Assembly (NCBI GenBank): GCA_016213505.1
Contig: JACRAF010000069.1
Coordinates: 136,316-168,315 of the forward strand
Length of the DNA stretch: 32,000 nt
Origin: Devosia nanyangense
Lineage (GTDB): Bacteria; Pseudomonadota; Alphaproteobacteria; Rhizobiales; Devosiaceae
Reading direction: 5' to 3'
The notes below the pieces were generated by a model. That model was given only the letters and a program-made list of their open reading frames with translations, searched no databases and was not told where the DNA came from. The first letter of the stretch is position 1; each line of letters opens with the position of its first letter. This document shows positions 24,392-31,388 of this stretch, piece after piece. The position numbers and the translations under genes are program-made.

Positions 24392-25234
24392 CTATGCTTC
24401 CCAGCTCGCCCACTTCTTTCCGATCAGGAAAAAGAGGATGTAGATGAGAATGCCGAGCATCGAGAGGATCACCACGACGGCAAAAAACTGCGGCATCTGG
24501 ATCATCGACGAATAGGATGTCAGCCGGTTGCCGAGGCCAAAGCCGCCTCCGACCATCTCGGCGCCGACTGCCGTGAGCAGCCCGAAGATCGCCCCGACCA
24601 TGAGGCCGACGAGGATCATCGGCAGCGCCATCGGGGCGCGAATCTTCCAGAAGATCTGCAGCGTCGTCGCGCCATAGGAGCGCGCCAGTGCGATCTTGCC
24701 GCGATCGACGCGGCGAAAGCCGGTGGCCGCGTTGATCATCACCATGGGGCCGGCGGCAAGCGCCACCGCGATGATGCGCGGGGTATAGCCGAAGCCGAAA
24801 CGCAGGATCAGCAGCGGCACGAGCGCCAGCATCGGCGTCGTCACCAGCAGCAGGATGTAGGGCGTGATGATCTTCTCGGCGAACGGGAACTGGGTGATGA
24901 CCGCCGCGAGGACCAGCCCGATGAGGGCGCCGATGCCAAAGCCCGAGAACAGCTCGACCAGCGTGTGCCCGAGATGCGGCAGGATATGCGGGAACTCGGT
25001 GACCAGCGCCTGGGCGATCAGGCTGGGCGCCGGCATGATGTATTGCGGGACGTTGAACCAGCGCAGCGCAAACTCGGTCGCACCGATCACCACCACGGCG
25101 ACGCCGATGATCGCCGCCACTTCGCGCGCCGATTTGATGCCGGGTCCGGCCGCCAGCGCCGACATGTTGGCGACGCCGACGTCGCCACCGGGCGCGGCTT
25201 TGGTAAATTCGGGGATGGCGTCGTTGCTGTCCAT
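24392..25234 (-). CDS. NitT/TauT-family ABC transporter permease
   Basis: 280 aa from ATG 25234, multi-TM. 'ARSYGATTLQIFWKIRAPMALP' is an EAA-type loop. The start is less certain because the SD is weak. Confidence 0.85.
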   Translation of the reverse strand: MDSNDAIPEFTKAAPGGDVGVANMSALAAGPGIKSAREVAAIIGVAVVVIGATEFALRWFNVPQYIMPAPSLIAQALVTEFPHILPHLGHTLVELFSGFGIGALIGLVLAAVITQFPFAEKIITPYILLLVTTPMLALVPLLILRFGFGYTPRIIAVALAAGPMVMINAATGFRRVDRGKIALARSYGATTLQIFWKIRAPMALPMILVGLMVGAIFGLLTAVGAEMVGGGFGLGNRLTSYSSMIQMPQFFAVVVILSMLGILIYILFFLIGKKWASWEA

Positions 25235-25247
25235 TTGAAGCGGAATC

Positions 25248-26069
25248 CTAGTGTGCCGCCTGGGGGAGCTTGCGCGTCGCCGTCGAGGCTTTGCTCTTTT
25301 GCTCGCCGACGATGTCCAGCTTGATGGCGTTGGTGAGGTCGAAGACCTCCTTGGTGGCCATGATCTCGAAGGAGCGCGGTCGCGCGAAGGGCACCGCATA
25401 TTCCTTGGCGACGCGGCCCGGCCGGGTGCTCATGACGATAACCCGGTCGGAGAGAAAGATCGCTTCGTCGATCGAATGGGTGATGAGGACGATGGTGGTC
25501 CTGGTGTCGAGGTAGATCTCCTCGACGAGGTGGTTCATTTCCTCGCGGGTGAAGGCGTCGAGGGCGCCGAACGGTTCGTCCATCAGCAGCACCGAGGGCT
25601 TGAACGAGAGGGCCCGGACGAGAGCGGCGCGCTGCTGCATGCCGCCCGAGAGTTCGCGCGGGAAGCGCTCGCCGAAGCCCTCGAGCCCGACCCGATGGGT
25701 GAGCCGCGCGATCCAGTCGCGGTCGGGCTTTTGATGCTTGATCTCGAACGGGAAGTGGATGTTGGCGTCGAGGTTGCGCCAGGGCAGCAGATTGGCGTCC
25801 TGAAACACCATGCCGATTTCCGAGCTCGGGCCGGTGATCGGCTTGCCGTCGATCAGCACCTCGCCGGCGCTGAGGCTGTGCAGGCCCGACATCGACCAGA
25901 GCAGCGTGGTCTTGCCGCAGCCCGACGGTCCGACGATCGAAACGATCTGGCCGGCCTCGATATCGAGGTTGCAATTGTCGATGGCGACGAGGTCGCCGGA
26001 GGCCGTCGGATAGACCTTCGTCGCGCCCCGCACCCGCAGCTTTGGGTTCGATTGTTCCCGAAGGCTCAT
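25248..26069 (-). CDS. NitT/TauT-family ABC transporter ATP-binding protein
   Basis: Walker A 'GPSGCGKTT', signature 'LSGGMQQR', Walker B 'VLLMDEPF'. I prefer ATG 26069 over the upstream GTG 26120. Confidence 0.9.
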   Translation of the reverse strand: MSLREQSNPKLRVRGATKVYPTASGDLVAIDNCNLDIEAGQIVSIVGPSGCGKTTLLWSMSGLHSLSAGEVLIDGKPITGPSSEIGMVFQDANLLPWRNLDANIHFPFEIKHQKPDRDWIARLTHRVGLEGFGERFPRELSGGMQQRAALVRALSFKPSVLLMDEPFGALDAFTREEMNHLVEEIYLDTRTTIVLITHSIDEAIFLSDRVIVMSTRPGRVAKEYAVPFARPRSFEIMATKEVFDLTNAIKLDIVGEQKSKASTATRKLPQAAH

Positions 26070-26247
26070 CGTCGTCGCGGTCCCCGTCCTGCCCGCCTGG
26101 CGGGACGCTCTCACAAGCACCCGTCAGTTGATGGTCGAGTTTGTGATTATCCTACACGATGAGTCAATGGGGCACCGAAAAAACTTACATATGGCCCAAA
26201 AGGCCCGGAAATCGGGCGGTTCTAGGTAGGAGGGTTGTGTAAGTTTC

Positions 26248-26264
26248 CAACATGGATCATGTTG
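26248..26264. promoter_or_regulatory. Perfect palindrome CAACATG-GAT-CATGTTG in the divergent promoter region; candidate operator (RpiR-type regulator?)
   Basis: 7-bp arms with a 3-bp spacer, read directly. It lies in the lowest-GC stretch of the window, 46 nt upstream of the regulator's TTG start. Confidence 0.4.
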
Positions 26265-26310
26265 TTGGCATGCCGCGACGGTCGGCCGGTGCAAACGAAA
26301 GGCAGTCATT

Positions 26311-27237
26311 TTGGGTGATGCAAGCCAGCGCAGGGCCGGGCAATTGCGCTACGACAAGCCCATCCCCGACATCCTCTCGCAGATCAAGGATTCCTATGCC
26401 GATCTGCGTCCGGCGGAACGCCGGGTCGCCGACGTGGTGCTCGCCGACGTCGCCTTCTCGGTCGATGCATCGAACGCCGTGATCGCCCGCCGCGCCGATG
26501 TCAGCGAGCCGACGGTCACGCGCTTCTGCCGCGCCATCGGCTGCGACGGGGTGCGCGACTTCAAGCTCAAGCTGGCGCAAAGCGTCGTCGTCGGCCGGCT
26601 CTATCTCAGCCCGGAGCAGCCGCCGGCCCCGAGCGACAACGCGTCACCGATGTGGAACGTCGTTTTCGGCGAGGCCCGCAGCGCGCTCAATGCCGTCGAG
26701 CGGCAGGTCGACCCGCGCGACATCGTCCGCGCCGCCGAGCTGATCGCCACCGCCCACCAGGTGGCGGTGTTCGGTCTGGGGGGCAGCTCGACGGCGCTGG
26801 CGCAGGAGACGCAATATCGCCTGTTCCGCTATGGCGTCGTCGTCTCGGCCCACTCCGACCCCTACATCATGCGGATGACGGCATCGACGCTGAAGCCGCA
26901 CGATCTGGTGATCGCCATCTCCGCCACCGGGCGCACGCGCGAAGTGGTCGAGGCGGTGGAGCTGGCCAAGCACTATCGCGCCAGCACCATCTGCATCACC
27001 GCGCCCGACACCGACCTCGCCAAGATCTGCGACGTGGCGCTGACCGTCGATATTCCGGAATTCCCCGACACCATGAAGCCGACGGCGTCGCGCTACGCCT
27101 TCCTCGCGATCATCGATCTGGTCTCGGCCGCCGCCGGCTACCGGCTCGATGCGTCGGCGCTCGAGACGCTGCGCCGGATCAAATACAACGTCGTTACGCA
27201 CAGGAAGGGCAGGGAGCTCGAGCCGCTCGGCGACTGA
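26311..27237 (+). CDS. RpiR/MurR-family transcriptional regulator (N-terminal HTH_6 plus C-terminal SIS domain)
   Basis: 'LRPAERRVADVVL', 'VSEPTVTRFCRAIGCDGVRDFKLKLA' and the SIS motifs 'VAVFGLGGSS' and 'VIAISATGRTREVV'. The start is TTG, with no in-frame ATG upstream of the HTH. Confidence 0.88.
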   Translation: MGDASQRRAGQLRYDKPIPDILSQIKDSYADLRPAERRVADVVLADVAFSVDASNAVIARRADVSEPTVTRFCRAIGCDGVRDFKLKLAQSVVVGRLYLSPEQPPAPSDNASPMWNVVFGEARSALNAVERQVDPRDIVRAAELIATAHQVAVFGLGGSSTALAQETQYRLFRYGVVVSAHSDPYIMRMTASTLKPHDLVIAISATGRTREVVEAVELAKHYRASTICITAPDTDLAKICDVALTVDIPEFPDTMKPTASRYAFLAIIDLVSAAAGYRLDASALETLRRIKYNVVTHRKGRELEPLGD

Positions 27238-27240
27238 CCG

Positions 27241-27266
27241 AGGCGGGTCGCGCCGCGGCCCCGCCT
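27241..27266. terminator. 7-bp GC stem (AGGCGGG/CCCGCCT, 12-nt loop) between convergent genes; candidate bidirectional terminator
   Basis: Read directly. It fills nearly all of the 27-nt convergent gap and overlaps the permease stop codon. No U-tract. Confidence 0.35.
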
Positions 27267-28149
27267 ACTTGACCGCGCCGGCCACGACGCCGCGGGTCAG
27301 CGTGCGCTGGAAGATCAAAAAGAAGATCACCGTGGGCAGGATGCCGAGGAGACCCGCTGCGGCCTGCAGGGTCGGGTCGGACATGTTCTGTCCGCGCGTC
27401 AGGCCCATGGCGACGGCGACCGTCTGGTTGTTGTTGGAGACCAGCATCACCACCGGGATCAGAAACTCGTTCCAGGTCCAGATGAAGAAGAATGTCCCCA
27501 GCACCATCAGCGTCGGGGTCATGATCGGGATCACCACCTTGGTGAGGGTCTGCCAGCGCGTCGCCCCGTCAATCTCGGCGGCCTCCAGAATCTCGCGCGG
27601 GAATGTGCTCATCACCGATGACAGCAGGTAAGTCCCGAAAGCACTGTGGAGCACCGCGGTGACGATGATCACCGACAGTTGGGTGTCATAGAGCCCCACC
27701 GTCTTGGCCATCCAGTAGATCGGATAGATGATCGACTCCTGCGGCACCATGGTGCCCAGCAGCAGGATGGCGAGGATGACGGTCGAGCCCCTTACGCGGC
27801 CGATGCCGAGCGCATATGCATTGAACAGGCTGATGCCCACCGCGAGGACGGACACCGTCACGCTGATCAGCGTGCTGTTGAAGAGCTTTCGCGCATAGTC
27901 GGCGTCTTTCCAGAACTTCGCGATCGAGTCGAACTGCAGGTAAGTCGGGATCGACAGCGGACCGCCGCGCACATAGTCGGTGCCCGGCTTGAAGGCGTTG
28001 AGCAGCGCTATGAAGAACGGGAACAGGGTGAACACCAGCAGGGCCAGCAGCACGGCAAGCACGAGCCATCGCATCGGCGAGCGTGCCTGGTGAGCGTGCG
28101 CGACGGCGGCCTTGGCCGGGTTGCTTGCGAATACGGTTGCCTCGGCCAT
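27265..28149 (-). CDS. Carbohydrate (CUT1-type) ABC transporter permease, MalG-like
   Basis: 294 aa from ATG 28149. EAA loop 'ILEAAEIDGATRWQTLTKVVIP'. The ORF-track 468-aa version is an extension into the upstream gene. Confidence 0.9.
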   Translation of the reverse strand: MAEATVFASNPAKAAVAHAHQARSPMRWLVLAVLLALLVFTLFPFFIALLNAFKPGTDYVRGGPLSIPTYLQFDSIAKFWKDADYARKLFNSTLISVTVSVLAVGISLFNAYALGIGRVRGSTVILAILLLGTMVPQESIIYPIYWMAKTVGLYDTQLSVIIVTAVLHSAFGTYLLSSVMSTFPREILEAAEIDGATRWQTLTKVVIPIMTPTLMVLGTFFFIWTWNEFLIPVVMLVSNNNQTVAVAMGLTRGQNMSDPTLQAAAGLLGILPTVIFFLIFQRTLTRGVVAGAVK

Positions 28150-28151
28150 TG

Positions 28152-29057
28152 CTACACTCCCCGTTCCGCTTGCCGCTGCTGGAACACGAGGAAGATCACC
28201 GCGAGCCCCAGCGTGAGGATCATCTGAACCGTGGACACTGCCGCAGCGTAGCCCACACGCTGCGTCGTGAAGAAATGGAAGTAGGTGAGATAGGACGGCG
28301 CGAGCGTCGCATCGTCGGGTCCACCCTGCGTCAGCACGAACACCGGCGCGAACACTTTGAGCGCGGCAATCAGCGTCGTGAGCGCCACGACAAAAATCTC
28401 GGGTGCAAGCATCGGCACCGTGATCGCCACAAGCCGCTGCCACCACCCGGCCCCGTCGAGCTGGGCGGCTTCGTAGAGCGCGGGATCGATGCGTGACAGG
28501 CCCGCCATGAAGACGACGAGGCAATAACCCACCTGCACCCACACGATGACCAGCGAAACGGCCGCCAGGGCGTAGGTCGCGTCCCCGATCCAGTTTTGCG
28601 CAAGCGCCCCGAGCCCGACCATCTTGAGGATCGCATTGGCGACACCGACGGGATTGAGGATCCATCCCCACAAGACGCCGGCCACCGTGAGCGGCAGGAT
28701 CTGCGGCAGATAGAACGCCGCCCGGAAGAAGCTCGACAGCCTCTCGCTGAACTGGTCGCGGACATAGTCGAACAGCAGCGAGGCGAGAACCAGACCGATC
28801 AGCACGGGGATCACGGTCATCGAGAGCATGTAAAAGAGCGTGTTGTGCATCGAGCCCCAGAACTGATCGTCCGTCAGCAGCCGCTGATAGTTCTGTGCGC
28901 CCACCCAGCGCGGGGTTCCCACGCCTTTCCAGGCCGTGAAGCTCAACACGAAGTTGGCAATCTGCGGACCGATGACGATCAGGATCAGCCCGAGGAAGCC
29001 CGGGATCAGGTACAAGTAGTAGCCGCGTCTGTGACGGGCGACACTATCGACAGCCAT
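28152..29057 (-). CDS. Carbohydrate (CUT1-type) ABC transporter permease, MalF/UgpA-like
   Basis: 301 aa. EAA loop 'LYEAAQLDGAGWWQRLVAITVPML'. GGGGAGGG lies before the ATG. Confidence 0.9.
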   Translation of the reverse strand: MAVDSVARHRRGYYLYLIPGFLGLILIVIGPQIANFVLSFTAWKGVGTPRWVGAQNYQRLLTDDQFWGSMHNTLFYMLSMTVIPVLIGLVLASLLFDYVRDQFSERLSSFFRAAFYLPQILPLTVAGVLWGWILNPVGVANAILKMVGLGALAQNWIGDATYALAAVSLVIVWVQVGYCLVVFMAGLSRIDPALYEAAQLDGAGWWQRLVAITVPMLAPEIFVVALTTLIAALKVFAPVFVLTQGGPDDATLAPSYLTYFHFFTTQRVGYAAAVSTVQMILTLGLAVIFLVFQQRQAERGV

Positions 29058-29074
29058 CTCACCCTCCCCGGATT

Positions 29075-29101
29075 GGGCCGCCGCCTGGTGGGCGGCAGCC
29101 C
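29075..29101 (-). promoter_or_regulatory. 11-bp stem / 5-nt loop RNA hairpin immediately downstream of the binding-protein gene
   Basis: GGGCCGCCGCC-tggtg-GGCGGCAGCCC. The single DNA mismatch (C/A on the plus strand) becomes G.U on the sense (minus) strand. Confidence 0.4.
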
Positions 29102-29118
29102 GTCAGTTGCGGCCCGCC

Positions 29119-30384
29119 TTACTGGCTCGCCTGTGCGTCGTCGTAGACGGTCTTGATCTCGTCGACGAACTGCTCGGGGCTCAGCGTGCCCTGCAGGAGG
29201 CCCGTGTCCTTCTGGTTCAGAACGTCATAGTAACCCGGCACCGGCCAGTCAGGATAGAAGCCGAGGCCCTGCTTGGCCGCAATCTGCGCGAACACGGCCG
29301 ACGCGTTGGCGCCCACCGGATTGGTGACGCCGGCCGGATCGGCGGCGAACGACACGCCACCATTGTTGGCCTGCTCGGTCTGATACTTGGTCGAGAGCAG
29401 GAGGCTGATGAACTCCTTGGCGAGTTCGGGGTTCTTGGAGCCCTTGGGGATGATCCACAAATTACCCGTCGAGCCCACCGAATATTTCGGCGTCGGGATC
29501 ACGAACTGGCCCCACTTGAAGTCCTTGATGTTGGCCGAGAAGTTGCCGAGGTTCCAGGTGCCCGACACGTACATCGGCGACTTGCCCGAGGTGAACTGCA
29601 GCGACGCGTCGTCGTCGTTCATGCCGGTCGAGTCCTTGGTGATGTAGCCCTTGGCCAGCCAGTCGGTCAGCGTCTGCGCGGCGAACAGGTACGGTGCGCC
29701 GTCGAGCGGTGCTTTGAGACCCTGATAGTTCTGCACCCAGGTGTCGTCGGCCTTGGTGTAGGCGAGCGATGCCAGCAGGTGCTGACCGCTCGTCGACGCG
29801 CCACCGAGCGCCAGGGGGGTGACGCCCTGGGCCTTGAACGTGTCGAAGGCCGCTGTCAGTTCCTCGAGCGTCGCCGGCACTTTCACGCCGGCCTTCTCGA
29901 ACGCGTCGATGTTGTAGAACGCCGAGACATACTCGCCGTAGGTCGAGATGCCCCAGATCGGGCCCGAGCCGTAGATGCCGAGCTCATTGTAGCGGCTCAG
30001 CACCAGCTGGCCCTCGTTGAGGACCTTGTCCCAGCCCTCGGCGGTGTAGGCGTCGTCGAGATTGGTCAGCAGGCCCTGGCTTGCAACCAGGCCGGCCGTG
30101 GCGTTCCCCTTGTTGTATTCGAGAACATCGGGCGCCTCGGCGGAGTTCAGGATCATGCTTCCCGACTGCTGCAGCTGGTCGAACGTCTTCTGCTCGAAGT
30201 TCACCGTCACGTCAGGATGGTTGGCCTTGAGCTCTTCGAGAGCCTTGGTCCAGGTGATGCCCTGGGCGCTGTCGGCGCCCTCGTACCACCAGATGTTGAA
30301 CGTCTTGTCCTGGGCGAAGGCCGGACTGCCCAGCAGCATCAGCGATGCGCCGGCGACCAGCGCCACTTTCGAGAGTGAAGTCAT
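29119..30384 (-). CDS. Carbohydrate (CUT1-type) ABC transporter extracellular solute-binding protein
   Basis: AGGAGG at 30394-30399 lies 9 nt before ATG 30384. Signal peptide 'MTSLSKVALVAGASLMLLGSPAFA', followed by 'FNIWWYEG'. Confidence 0.88.
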   Translation of the reverse strand: MTSLSKVALVAGASLMLLGSPAFAQDKTFNIWWYEGADSAQGITWTKALEELKANHPDVTVNFEQKTFDQLQQSGSMILNSAEAPDVLEYNKGNATAGLVASQGLLTNLDDAYTAEGWDKVLNEGQLVLSRYNELGIYGSGPIWGISTYGEYVSAFYNIDAFEKAGVKVPATLEELTAAFDTFKAQGVTPLALGGASTSGQHLLASLAYTKADDTWVQNYQGLKAPLDGAPYLFAAQTLTDWLAKGYITKDSTGMNDDDASLQFTSGKSPMYVSGTWNLGNFSANIKDFKWGQFVIPTPKYSVGSTGNLWIIPKGSKNPELAKEFISLLLSTKYQTEQANNGGVSFAADPAGVTNPVGANASAVFAQIAAKQGLGFYPDWPVPGYYDVLNQKDTGLLQGTLSPEQFVDEIKTVYDDAQASQ

Positions 30385-30404
30385 GTCGGTGTTCCTCCTC
30401 ATCA

Positions 30405-30455
30405 GCGGACCATTGTCCTCCCATTGTAGCCGGCGATCGGTCCGCGATTGGTCCG
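30405..30455 (-). promoter_or_regulatory. Cluster of GGACC/GGTCC-containing repeats plus a TACAAT -10-like hexamer upstream of the binding-protein gene; candidate internal promoter/operator
   Basis: Tandem 11-mers GCGATCGGTCC/GCGATTGGTCC at 30433-30454. CCATTGT occurs twice, 11 bp apart (30410-16 and 30421-27). GGAC-catt-GTCC is at 30407-18. TACAAT is on the minus strand at 30423-28. Confidence 0.3.
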
Positions 30456-30478
30456 GCTCAGGATTTGGGTATGTCGGC

Positions 30479-31378
30479 TCACGCAGCTTCGATGAAATCT
30501 CCGCCGCGTGCGTCCTTGAGATAGTTGAGCGCCCGGACCTGTCCGGTCATCTCGAGCGCGTCGCGATAGACCGGATCGTGCCAGCCCTCGATGTCGATCG
30601 AGCCGGTCCAGCCGGCGAGGCGCAACTCGGAGATGACGTCGACCCAGTTGCTGTCGCCGAAACCCGGGGTGCGCATGAACACGAACTTCTGTTTGCCGAA
30701 GATGCCGTGCTCCTTGATCACCTCCCAGCGCACCGTCGCGTCCTTGCCGTGCACGTGGAAGAATTTGTGGGCCCATTTGCGGATCTGGGGCAGCGGATCG
30801 ATGAGATAGACGAGCTGGTGGCAGGGCTCCCATTCGAGCCCGAGATTGTCGTCCGGCGTCTCGTTGAACATCAGCTCCCAGGCATCGGGATTGTGCGCGA
30901 TATTCCAGTCGCCGGTCTGCCAATTGCCGTCCATGGCGCAGTTCTCGAACGCGATTCTGATGCCCTTGTCGGCGGCGCGCTTGGCGAGCTCGGACCACAC
31001 CTCTTTGTACTTCGGCAGGCTGTCGGTCAGCGGCTTGTTGCGGATGCGGCCGGTGAAGCCGGCGACGCAGGTCGCGCCGAAATGGTGGGCGTTGTCGATG
31101 CAGTCCTTCCAGCCTTGCAGCGTCTGGCGGTCCATCTCCTGATCTTCGAGCGGATTGCCGAACATGCCGAGCGTCGAGATGGTGATGTCGCGGTTGCCGA
31201 TGGCATCGAGGCAGCGCTTGCCGAGTTCGCCCAGGTCCTGGCCGCTGGTGGTCTGCCAGAAGAACGGCTCAAAACTCTCGAAGCCGAGGTCGGCGATCGC
31301 CGCGATGTTGTCGGCGGCCTTGCCTTCGGTGGCCTTGATCATGGTGCCGATGCGGATGGCTTTGGCGGGGTCGGTCAA
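30479..31378 (-). CDS. Sugar phosphate isomerase/epimerase-family protein (xylose-isomerase-like TIM barrel)
   Basis: 'IRIGTMI', 'IRIAFENC' and 'HVHGKD' follow an AP-endonuclease-2/xylose-isomerase-like TIM pattern. I prefer TTG 31378 because GAGGA lies 7 nt upstream and overlaps the upstream stop. Alternatives are ATG 31441 and ATG 31342. Confidence 0.75.
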   Translation of the reverse strand: MTDPAKAIRIGTMIKATEGKAADNIAAIADLGFESFEPFFWQTTSGQDLGELGKRCLDAIGNRDITISTLGMFGNPLEDQEMDRQTLQGWKDCIDNAHHFGATCVAGFTGRIRNKPLTDSLPKYKEVWSELAKRAADKGIRIAFENCAMDGNWQTGDWNIAHNPDAWELMFNETPDDNLGLEWEPCHQLVYLIDPLPQIRKWAHKFFHVHGKDATVRWEVIKEHGIFGKQKFVFMRTPGFGDSNWVDVISELRLAGWTGSIDIEGWHDPVYRDALEMTGQVRALNYLKDARGGDFIEAA

Positions 31379-31388
31379 TTCGATATCC

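Noticed and set aside
26070-26125. thi-box-like 5' half on the minus strand (GGGTGC-ttg-TGAGAG) in the leader of an operon whose SBP is NMT1/THI5-like; possible TPP riboswitch
   Set aside because: The downstream sequence lacks the conserved pyrophosphate-sensing half (no ACCTGATCTGGATAATGCCAGCG-like element). The match is short and GC-rich, and it overlaps a possible GTG start. A covariance-model scan with Rfam TPP would settle it.
26142-26157. TGTGA-N6-TACAC, reminiscent of a CRP/FNR-type site (TGTGA-N6-TCACA)
   Set aside because: The second half-site does not match (TACAC against TCACA), so only one good half-site is present.
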